A stretch of 48,116 nt of DNA from a virus. Taxonomy: Duplodnaviria; Caudoviricetes. The stretch's first letter is position 1; each line of letters starts with the position of its first letter. Positions 1 to 6,804 of this stretch are shown here, piece by piece. Position numbers and translations under genes: made by a program. The DNA lies in the IMG/VR virus record IMGVR_UViG_3300032095_000040, positions 1-48,116 of that record; one strand, given 5' to 3'. The notes under the pieces were generated by a model that saw nothing but the letters and a program-made list of their open reading frames with translations, was not told the DNA's origin and ran no database searches.

Positions 1-162
1 ATGAGCGATGCAAAGCGGGCCGGCTATAACCTCGATGCATTGCTGGTCGACCGGGTTCACACGGATCGATCGACGACCGAGGATTACATCAAGCAGCGAG
101 AGGTGCCGGTGTCGATCGTCCGACTGCATCCGCCGATTGGCTATGCCAAGCAGGCTAATTAG
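1..162 (+). CDS. small hypothetical protein (53 aa), host side of att
   Basis: ATG at 1, open to TAG at 160-162 (MSDAKRAGYNLDALLVDRVHTD...); may be 5'-truncated by the window edge. Confidence 0.4.
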   Translation: MSDAKRAGYNLDALLVDRVHTDRSTTEDYIKQREVPVSIVRLHPPIGYAKQAN

Positions 163-206
163 AAACCTTCTAACTACCTGTCGACAGGCCACTACCGTGC
201 CAAAAG

Positions 207-241
207 CAAAAGCCCGCGCAATCTTGCGATTACGCGGGCTT
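207..241 (-). terminator. rho-independent terminator of the host tRNA locus
   Basis: stem AAGCCCGCG(210-218)/CGCGGGCTT(233-241) followed by a T-run on the minus strand, directly 3' of the tRNA CCA end. Confidence 0.75.
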
Positions 242-244
242 CAA

Positions 245-291
<47 letters not shown>

Positions 292-447
292 ATTGTTATG
301 CACTCGCCACGAAACCGCATCCAGTCAACGGATTGCGCCTTTTGTGCCGAATACTCTGCTCAGAAAAAAGGCACGTAGCCATGCGGGTTTCCGGGCGGCG
401 TATGAGCAAGTATTCGGCGCCTTTGGGAACTCGGCGCCAACGCGTTA

Positions 448-467
448 TACTGTACATCCATACAGTA
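448..467 (+). promoter_or_regulatory. LexA (SOS) box
   Basis: TACTGTACATCCATACAGTA = CTGT-N8-ACAG with TA flanks, 15 nt upstream of ATG 483. Confidence 0.85.
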
Positions 468-482
468 TCTAGACAGCCGACG

Positions 483-746
483 ATGCCTGCCACCTACCCC
501 GCCAAGTCCATCTTCCTCGAGGTCGAGTTCTTCGGTGACGACCGTGACGAGATCCTGCTGCCCTGCCAAGCCGTAACGGTTGACCGCGGCGCTATCCTGG
601 TGCGCGGCGTCGAGACGCGGCACCTGAACGCCATCCGCTGGATCCCGGACGCCCTGTCCTTCCAGGCTTACGATCGCCACCACCGGTTCCCGGTCGGGCG
701 GCCGATCGTGCTGGATCAGGAATCGGCGCAGTTCCCCCTTCTGTGA
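483..746 (+). CDS. SOS-regulated hypothetical protein (87 aa)
   Basis: MPATYPAKSIFLEVEFF...; ATG immediately after the LexA box; the longer ORF start at 246 runs through the att site and is implausible. Confidence 0.7.
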   Translation: MPATYPAKSIFLEVEFFGDDRDEILLPCQAVTVDRGAILVRGVETRHLNAIRWIPDALSFQAYDRHHRFPVGRPIVLDQESAQFPLL

Positions 747-767
747 GGCGCCGCGGCGTCATGACCC

Positions 768-863
768 ATGCCAAAGCGGTACTGCCCGGCCGACCTCCCG
801 GCCATGACGGCCGAAGAGTTGCGCGACATCTGGGAACGAAACCGGGTGCCTGCCGTTCGATAG
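768..863 (+). pseudogene. 31-aa ORF, probable truncated remnant of a small SOS-operon gene
   Basis: MPKRYCPADLPAMTAEELRDIWERNRVPAVR*; protein-like start then an abrupt stop just before a promoter-like region. Confidence 0.35.
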
Positions 864-920
864 CCGAACGCTCGGCACCTTGATCTATTTGCAAATCGGT
901 CGAACCAAGATACACTTCCC

Positions 921-1015
921 GCCGCGGCGCCTTCTTCCCCGGCGCTGCCCCTTATTGACCCCTCGCCATGACAAAGCGAGTTCCCGGCGCCGACTCTGGT
1001 TCGGCGCTTTTTTTT
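921..1015 (+). ncRNA. candidate ~95-nt small RNA
   Basis: TTGCAA(889-894)-16-TACACT(911-916) promoter; hairpin GCGGCGCC/GGCGCTGC with TTCTTCCCC loop; hairpin CTCGC/GCGAG; terminator GGCGCCGA/TCGGCGCT plus T-run. Confidence 0.55.
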
Positions 1016-1058
1016 GTGTTGGACGCGCTTGATTCTCCACAGCGCGTACACTCACGCC

Positions 1059-1304
1059 ATGCTCATCTCCGCCCACAGCGCACGCGAAGAGTACCGCGAC
1101 GTAGTGCGCTCCGCCCTGATCGATCAGCATCGGTACTCAAAATTAGAAGCGATACTTGCTTGCGATCGCCATTGCGCGCTTGTTGAGACGGGGTTCCGCA
1201 CGAACCGGAGACCGTCTGAGGTGGCGGAGCAAATCGACCGGCGCGACCGACTCAATGGGGGTACACCTCCGCTGGTCGCAGCTGTCGCTTCAAGATTTGT
1301 CTAA
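1059..1304 (+). CDS. hypothetical protein (81 aa)
   Basis: MLISAHSAREEYRDVV...; ATG 6 nt after a TACACT -10-like hexamer (possibly leaderless). Confidence 0.5.
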   Translation: MLISAHSAREEYRDVVRSALIDQHRYSKLEAILACDRHCALVETGFRTNRRPSEVAEQIDRRDRLNGGTPPLVAAVASRFV

Positions 1305-1404
1305 ACTGCCGGCGTGCCGCTGGCTGTCCACGATCGCAGGCACTAGAATGCCATGGCCCGGACCCGAATGCTGGGCACCGTCGCATGCATTGATGTGCGC
1401 TTCG

Positions 1405-1433
1405 AGCGTCTGCCGCAGGCAGACGCTTTTTTT
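1405..1433 (+). terminator. rho-independent terminator
   Basis: stem AGCGTCTGCC/GGCAGACGCT followed by a T-run. Confidence 0.8.
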
Positions 1434-1553
1434 GTGGCCGATACGATATGCCCCCCCTGCCGGCAGCATCGATCTACGCTTCAGTCGCCGGCGCGAGGCT
1501 TTGGTGAAGGTCCCGCCGGCTAAGCACGGCCCCGGTGGTGAAGCTCGAACGCC

Positions 1554-1799
1554 CTATGATGGCCACGCGTCCACCGTCTTCCGGTGACGCGCCGCGCAGT
1601 CGCCAAGCGCGGCAAGGACCGTGACCATCCAGTCCTGCCAGACGTCATAGTCGGCCGCCGGCGGGGCGTCCGGCACCACGCATGGCGCCGCCAGCGCGCT
1701 ATCGAGCGGCGGCGGCACGCTTGGCAGCGTCGACGGCGTCGGACAGCTTGCGCACCCGGAAATCGTCAGGGCGGCAATCAGCAGGCAAAGGCTTCGCAT
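1554..1799 (-). CDS. o-spanin-like lipoprotein (Rz1-like)
   Basis: signal peptide with lipobox ISGC, Pro-rich, extra Cys; overlaps the 3' end of the Rz-like gene in another frame. Confidence 0.8.
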   Translation of the reverse strand: MRSLCLLIAALTISGCASCPTPSTLPSVPPPLDSALAAPCVVPDAPPAADYDVWQDWMVTVLAALGDCAARHRKTVDAWPS

Positions 1800-2097
1800 T
1801 CTTCAGTTCCTTTCGGATGGTGCTGACGGTGGCGCCCAGCTGGGTCGTGATACCGCGGTACTCGTCGGCCCGCGCGCGGATGTCCGCGCCGGCCACCTTC
1901 AGATCGCCCAACGCTTGATTCACCGTCGCCAGGTCGGCTTGCGCGCGCGCCGCAGTCAGCTCGGCCAGTTCCGCATCCTTGCGCCAGCCGTTCACTGTCC
2001 AGCCCGCGCCGAACGCAGCGCCGGCCAGCGCTACGGCCGCGACCGCGCGCCACGGCACAGCCGCTGCTGCAGCTCGAATTGCAGTGGTCTGGATCAT
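1699..2097 (-). CDS. i-spanin (Rz-like)
   Basis: N-terminal TM (AVAAVALAGAAFGAGWTVNGW), helical periplasmic region, C-terminal PADC; start overlaps the upstream stop. Confidence 0.8.
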   Translation of the reverse strand: MIQTTAIRAAAAAVPWRAVAAVALAGAAFGAGWTVNGWRKDAELAELTAARAQADLATVNQALGDLKVAGADIRARADEYRGITTQLGATVSTIRKELKNAKPLPADCRPDDFRVRKLSDAVDAAKRAAAAR

Positions 2098-2270
2098 CGT
2101 TCCCTCGTCGCGCATTCGGCGTACATCTTCGCCGTCGTGTCGATGTGAGCGAGCAGCGCATCCCGGCCGGCGCCACGCTTGATCGTTGGCAGCGGCGGGC
2201 AACCCTCGCGCTCTGCCGGCGGGGCGGTAGCGCAGCCGGCCAGCAGCAGACAGAACAGAATCGCCCTCAC
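2094..2270 (-). CDS. second small lipoprotein (o-spanin-like, 58 aa)
   Basis: GTG start overlapping the upstream stop; MRAILFCLLLAGC lipobox, Pro-rich, two further Cys. Confidence 0.7.
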   Translation of the reverse strand: MRAILFCLLLAGCATAPPAEREGCPPLPTIKRGAGRDALLAHIDTTAKMYAECATRER

Positions 2271-2701
2271 CTGGCGCCCTCCTTCACCTTCCGGTTTGCA
2301 GCCTCGATCGCGCCGTTGAGGCGCGACCGCTCCGCCTCGGACAGCGGCGCCGGCGTGGTCCGGGCGGCCTGTTTCACGGTGCGCGCGGCCTCCGCCGATG
2401 TCTCGGCCGCTTGCGCCGCCGCGCCGGCCGCCGCGGATGCCGTTTGCGCGATGTCGCCGAGCCGCGGCGCCAAGGCCTGCAGCGTCGACGAGAACGTGCG
2501 CTGCAGCCGCTCGATCTCGGCCGCGTGGTCGGTCCGCATTTGCACAATGACGTCCCGCGCCTGCCATTGCGCCAGCGCGTAGCCGCCGACTGCGCCGCCC
2601 GTCGCGATGACCAGCACCAAGGTCACGGCCTCGGTGGCGTGAGCCACGCGGCGAAACGTCGCTCGGTGCCGGTGCACCCAGTCACGTAGCGTTCCCATCA
2701 A
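2267..2701 (-). CDS. lysis-cassette membrane protein (N-terminal TM plus Ala-rich helix; i-spanin-like)
   Basis: basic N-terminus, one TM (VTLVLVIATGGAVGGYAL), coiled coil; precedes a lipoprotein gene. Confidence 0.65.
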   Translation of the reverse strand: MMGTLRDWVHRHRATFRRVAHATEAVTLVLVIATGGAVGGYALAQWQARDVIVQMRTDHAAEIERLQRTFSSTLQALAPRLGDIAQTASAAAGAAAQAAETSAEAARTVKQAARTTPAPLSEAERSRLNGAIEAANRKVKEGAR

Positions 2702-3035
2702 GCCTCTCCTTCAGGAAGCGAACCTCGGCCGTCAGTTCGGCGATCGTCCGCTTCAGGTCGCCGATCTCGCGCAGCAGCTCGTTCCGCTCCTTGTAGGCGG
2801 TGTCGGCCCGCTGTTCGGCCAGGTCCGCGCGCGCGTTCGCCTTGTCGAGCTGCTCGGACAGCCGCGCGATGATGTCGATCTCGGCCTGGCTCTGCGCCCC
2901 TTCTACCCGGTCTGACCGCCAGACCTTGCGCACGAGCCAGATCGCCCCGCCGATAGCCGCCACGATCGCGCCGAGTGCCCCGCTCGGGCCGCCCGGCACG
3001 CCCCCCAGTTCGTTCAGATCCATCGTCTTTCCCAT
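2682..3035 (-). CDS. putative holin-like single-TM coiled-coil protein
   Basis: TM ALGAIVAAIGGAIWLV then heptad coiled coil; directly after the endolysin; alternative start at 3023. Confidence 0.6.
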   Translation of the reverse strand: MGKTMDLNELGGVPGGPSGALGAIVAAIGGAIWLVRKVWRSDRVEGAQSQAEIDIIARLSEQLDKANARADLAEQRADTAYKERNELLREIGDLKRTIAELTAEVRFLKERLDGNAT

Positions 3036-3040
3036 TGGGC

Positions 3041-3547
3041 TTACGCCTCGATATCGGTACCGCCGTGCGCCAGGTAGACGTCCCGCAGCGTCTCCAGCCG
3101 GTGCTCACGCTGGCCATAGCCGGCGCCGGGCAGGCTGGCCCATTCCTGCCGGCACTTGCGCACCGCCTCAGCGAACCGGCCGGCCAGCAGATCGGGCAGC
3201 GCGCCGCGGCGTTTGACCAGGTACGCGGCGACGATGTCCTGCGATCGCGGGCTGAAGTCAGTCACGGCGCAGGCGCGGCTCGCCCAGTCCCACGTGTCGG
3301 TCCGGATCTTCCCGGGCACGGCGGCCATGATCTGGTAGCGGCCGGCCGCGTCGCTCAGGCCCCAGCGCGTCAGCACCACGATGCGCGGGTGCCTGTCGTA
3401 GCCGGTGAAGAGCTTCCCGCCGACGTTCACGTTGTAGCCGTCGTCGCTGCCGGCGACTGTCGTGGTCCCTTCGCTGAATCCAAGCATGTCCAGGAAGGCG
3501 GCCATGTTCCGACCGCCGACCAGTTGGTCTGGATGGGTGAATGGCAT
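3041..3547 (-). CDS. endolysin, lambda R-type lytic transglycosylase
   Basis: AFLDMLGFSEGT, AAGRYQ, DFSPRSQD and EWASLPGAGYGQ motifs; GGAG RBS. Confidence 0.95.
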   Translation of the reverse strand: MPFTHPDQLVGGRNMAAFLDMLGFSEGTTTVAGSDDGYNVNVGGKLFTGYDRHPRIVVLTRWGLSDAAGRYQIMAAVPGKIRTDTWDWASRACAVTDFSPRSQDIVAAYLVKRRGALPDLLAGRFAEAVRKCRQEWASLPGAGYGQREHRLETLRDVYLAHGGTDIEA

Positions 3548-3564
3548 TGCTGGCTCCAGAAACG

Positions 3565-3613
3565 AAAAACGCCCGCGCGAGGCGGGCGTGAAAAAGGCCC
3601 GCAGAGGCGGGCC
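3565..3613 (-). terminator. tandem terminators between the antirepressor and the endolysin
   Basis: two GC hairpins (ACGCCCGC/GCGGGCGT and GGCCCGC/GCGGGCC), each followed by T5 on the minus strand. Confidence 0.75.
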
Positions 3614-3646
3614 GTGTCGTCAATCAAATACGAGATTCTCTCGGAA

Positions 3647-4318
3647 TTAGGTGGGCCGTCCATGGATCAAAGGTACGGCCTTCGTAATCAGGTCGAGCTG
3701 TGCAGACTCTCCATGCAACTCGATCCGGTTGGCATCGATCCGCTCGAAGTCCTGGCGCGTAGCCATCCCGTGCAACAAGCGCTCTGTGAAGTCGGTCGTC
3801 TCGCTGACCTGTCCGCGAGTCATCTGAGACATCCGCCTGACCTTTGCATACAGGTTCATCATCTGGTACGACCGCCCCTGTGGCAGACCTAAGGTGGCCA
3901 TGATCCCGACGGCCGCATAGTGCAACGGGATGCGGTCCTTCAATGTGCTCCGCGCATTTCTGTCGTCCTGGCGCCGAAAGTAGCAGTCCTCAAGCTTTTC
4001 GAAGACGTCCCAGGCTTGATCGGTCTCCAGCATCTTCGCGTGGCGGGCGGCACCGCGCTCCGTCCACAGGATCAGATGCCGGGCCTTCGGCGAAATTTGC
4101 AAGTCACTAAAAGTTGCGCGCAAATCGGCAAGCTGAGGCCCGACAACCTTGAAGTAGTGCTTCCCCTCCACGAACCGATCCTGATTCTCCCGGAAGTTCT
4201 TCACGAGGTTATGGGGCTTGGTCCCATACAGCTTGGCCAGCAACTCGGTGGTCACCACGTTCGCCTGCTTCCAGACGACGGGCTTCAGCTTCTCCGGTGT
4301 AATGGTCGAGCGGTTCAT
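3647..4318 (-). CDS. antirepressor-like protein with ORF6N (KilA-N-like) domain
   Basis: VVTTELLAKLYG...NF..N.DRFVEGKHYF...LWTERGAARHAKMLETDQAWDVFEKLEDCYF. Confidence 0.88.
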   Translation of the reverse strand: MNRSTITPEKLKPVVWKQANVVTTELLAKLYGTKPHNLVKNFRENQDRFVEGKHYFKVVGPQLADLRATFSDLQISPKARHLILWTERGAARHAKMLETDQAWDVFEKLEDCYFRRQDDRNARSTLKDRIPLHYAAVGIMATLGLPQGRSYQMMNLYAKVRRMSQMTRGQVSETTDFTERLLHGMATRQDFERIDANRIELHGESAQLDLITKAVPLIHGRPT

Positions 4319-4578
4319 TGCAAGCCCCTCCGGCAACGGCTGAGGATGTTGTCGACCATGTAGTCGACGTCCGCGTCCATGTTTTCCGACACCCACTGAC
4401 CGCACTTGGCGAGGCCGATCACCGTCTGCGTCATCTTGGGGTTGGTCGACAGCTCCGCGATAGCGGTGAACAGCGACTTGGCAAACTCGGCCTGGCCTCC
4501 CACAACGTTCCCCAAGGTCTCGGCCTCGTCCTCAATGCCGAAATTGCGGCCAGCGGCCGGTGTGCTAACATTGCTCAT
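4315..4578 (-). CDS. small helical protein upstream of the antirepressor
   Basis: MSNVSTPAAG...; stop overlaps the antirepressor ATG. Confidence 0.65.
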   Translation of the reverse strand: MSNVSTPAAGRNFGIEDEAETLGNVVGGQAEFAKSLFTAIAELSTNPKMTQTVIGLAKCGQWVSENMDADVDYMVDNILSRCRRGLQ

Positions 4579-4646
4579 GATGTGATTCCCGTCCAAGGTT
4601 CACTTCGCTTCAGACGCCTCAGCAGCTGCAACTGCTGGGGCGTTTT
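4577..4646 (+). ncRNA. sar-like antisense RNA (candidate)
   Basis: TTGCGG(4544-4549)-16-TAACAT(4566-4571) with extended TG; terminator ACGCCTCAGCAG/CTGCTGGGGCGT plus Ts; complementary to the leader of the 4578 gene. Confidence 0.6.
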
Positions 4647-4651
4647 CCATT

Positions 4652-4819
4652 TCAGGCAGCTTGTTGCGCATGCTGCACCTCCCTCTCCTTAGTGGTCCGC
4701 AGCCTATGGACGATCTCAGAGTTCAGACTGCGTGCGTTCTCCTTCGCTTTGGCGGCGAGCCACTCCTTAAGCTCCGGCTCCATACGGAGCGCGAACGGCG
4801 TAGGTTGGTATCCTTTCAT
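4652..4819 (-). CDS. arc: Arc-family ribbon-helix-helix repressor
   Basis: PFALRMEPELKEWL..KAKENARSLNSEIVHRL. Confidence 0.85.
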   Translation of the reverse strand: MKGYQPTPFALRMEPELKEWLAAKAKENARSLNSEIVHRLRTTKEREVQHAQQAA

Positions 4820-4924
4820 GCAATGCTCCCAAGAGTCGCGATGTGGATTCATTTTGATATCTATTCATGTGGATGTCAACTAGACTCTTTGTGTGATACC
4901 AAAAAGAATCAGATAATCGGGCGC

Positions 4925-5530
4925 ATGACCGATCGCCACCAGCAACGCCCGTATCCCCTTCGCATGCCGGACGAGCTTCGCCATAAGCTCGAGGCGTCTG
5001 CCGCCGAGTCCGGCCGGTCCCTCAACGCCGAAGTTGTGCTTCGGCTAGAGACCAGCTTCACAGCGCCCTCGAATGAAGTGCTTGTCGAACTGCGGGATCG
5101 CGTACAACTCCTCGGGCAGCTTGTGGAGTCAAAAGAGCGAGAGACTAGGGCTCACAAGCTCATAGCTGACAGCCAACAGCGCCTAATCGCAATGCTTGGC
5201 ATGTATCTCCGACTCGCAGCCGAGAGGATCCCACCACCAGAGGATCCCGTTTCAGACGAACTCGTTGGAATGCTGAAGTCGATCGGCTCTTCTATTGCGC
5301 ATGGAGACATCGCCGGAGCTATCCCCCACATTGAGCGAATGATCAAACTAGGCGTGGACATGGGGGTGTTCGATGAAGGCGGCAATCCTGGCCCAAACCA
5401 TCCTTCGAAGCTCAGCGCAAGCAAGAAACTAGGCAATCCGGAATTGGTATCGACTGCACCCAAGACGGACGACCAATCTGTAAAGCCGATAGCCAAGCGC
5501 ATTCGCCGCACTCCACTGAAGCGGCCTTAA
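4925..5530 (+). CDS. Mnt-like Arc-domain repressor with C-terminal extension, divergent from arc
   Basis: PYPLRMPDELRHKLEASAAESGRSLNAEVVLRLE then coiled coil; P22 immI-like layout. Confidence 0.8.
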   Translation: MTDRHQQRPYPLRMPDELRHKLEASAAESGRSLNAEVVLRLETSFTAPSNEVLVELRDRVQLLGQLVESKERETRAHKLIADSQQRLIAMLGMYLRLAAERIPPPEDPVSDELVGMLKSIGSSIAHGDIAGAIPHIERMIKLGVDMGVFDEGGNPGPNHPSKLSASKKLGNPELVSTAPKTDDQSVKPIAKRIRRTPLKRP

Positions 5531-5623
5531 GTGACGCGCTCGGGTACAGGTTCTGACGGCGGATAGAATCCTTCGGCCAATGGGGTGCATCGTCGCCCGA
5601 CAACAAGAACGGAGCTGGAACCA

Positions 5624-6613
5624 ATGGCGACCTTCCTAGATCAGCAGGCCACCTCGCCTGTTCGCGGCATTGTTAGCGTGCTGCGCAGGGCTTTCGCCAA
5701 GGCGCGGAACACAGCTGAGAATGCATGGGACCATCTAGCCGAGGATGTGGACATCCGCCGCTTTACGGCAGGCAATGCTGCCTCGCTCGCCTCCATGCAT
5801 GCCTACTACAACAGGCTCGTGACAGGCGACCCGAATCTGCATTTCCTCCAGTATTTCAAGGACAGATACGTCACGGGCCGGCCCGATATTCGGATGGCGA
5901 GCTTCGGCTCGGGGAGCGGACACCTTGAGCGGAGCCTGATCGCCAATTTCGGGTATGAGTGCGCCGCCATTGATGGCTACGAGCTCAATCCCAAACTGGT
6001 GGGGGTATCCAACACCAAGGCGGCAGAGATGGGAGCGACCCACCTGCGCTACCAGGTCGCGGATCTCAATGCTCTTCAGATCCCCGCGGCATCCTATGAC
6101 GTCGCGATCTTCTTCCACTCGCTCCATCACGTCGAAAACCTGGAACACTGCCTCGATACCGTGCGAGCGTGTCTAAAGCCGGGTGGCGTTCTGCTGATCG
6201 TCGACTACGTCGGCCCGAACAGACTGCAGTATTCCGACGACCAGCTTCGTTACGCCACAACGCTTTTGCATCTTCTGCCGCCGCGATATCGGCTTTCGAA
6301 GGATGGCACCACGACAAAGAATGCCGCGTCGCGCCAAGCTATACACGAGGTTATTGCGGAAGATCCATCGGAAGCCGTCCGCTCGGAGGACATCGTCCCG
6401 GCCCTCGACCAACGGTTCGAGCGTGTCGAGTTCCATTCGCTTGGCGGCTCTGTCCTGAACCACGTGTTTAAGGGCATCGCGACCAACTTCGACGAGTCCG
6501 CCAGCGAAGATCTGGCGCTCATTCACCTGCTGCAAGGCATGGAGGAATGGCTCGAGCGGAACGGCCAAGTCGGCCCCGACTTCGTCTTTGCCGTCTACCG
6601 GCCGAAACTGTAA
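5624..6613 (+). CDS. class I SAM-dependent methyltransferase (moron)
   Basis: motif I SFGSGSG, IDGYELN, ADLN, YDVAIFFHSLHHV, LKPGG; GGAG RBS; opposite strand to tail genes. Confidence 0.88.
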   Translation: MATFLDQQATSPVRGIVSVLRRAFAKARNTAENAWDHLAEDVDIRRFTAGNAASLASMHAYYNRLVTGDPNLHFLQYFKDRYVTGRPDIRMASFGSGSGHLERSLIANFGYECAAIDGYELNPKLVGVSNTKAAEMGATHLRYQVADLNALQIPAASYDVAIFFHSLHHVENLEHCLDTVRACLKPGGVLLIVDYVGPNRLQYSDDQLRYATTLLHLLPPRYRLSKDGTTTKNAASRQAIHEVIAEDPSEAVRSEDIVPALDQRFERVEFHSLGGSVLNHVFKGIATNFDESASEDLALIHLLQGMEEWLERNGQVGPDFVFAVYRPKL

Positions 6614-6616
6614 GGC

Positions 6617-6802
6617 TTATTCAGGCGCCGGCACGCCCTCCAGCGGCAGCCCAGCGTCCGCGAGCTGCTCGTAGTACGCATGCCACCGTGGGTCAGAGGC
6701 CTCCACGACCCCGAGGTGCCGAAAGACCTTGGGATCTTGCGGGCACGGGAAGTACGAAACGATCCCGGCTTCAGTGTCGTCGGCGAATTGAACGTGGATC
6801 AT
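6617..6802 (-). CDS. small tail-fibre-associated protein
   Basis: 61 aa (MIHVQFADD...PQDP...DPRW..YY) directly downstream of the fibre. Confidence 0.65.
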   Translation of the reverse strand: MIHVQFADDTEAGIVSYFPCPQDPKVFRHLGVVEASDPRWHAYYEQLADAGLPLEGVPAPE

Positions 6803-6804
6803 GG

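Noticed and set aside
4661-4924. N-terminal extension of the Mnt-like ORF (and similarly 34139-34492 of cI)
   Set aside because: They overlap the divergent arc or cro gene and the operator regions; the domains begin at 4925 and 34493
5624-6613. Restriction-modification methyltransferase
   Set aside because: No DPPY/NPPY or PC/ENV catalytic motifs and no neighbouring nuclease
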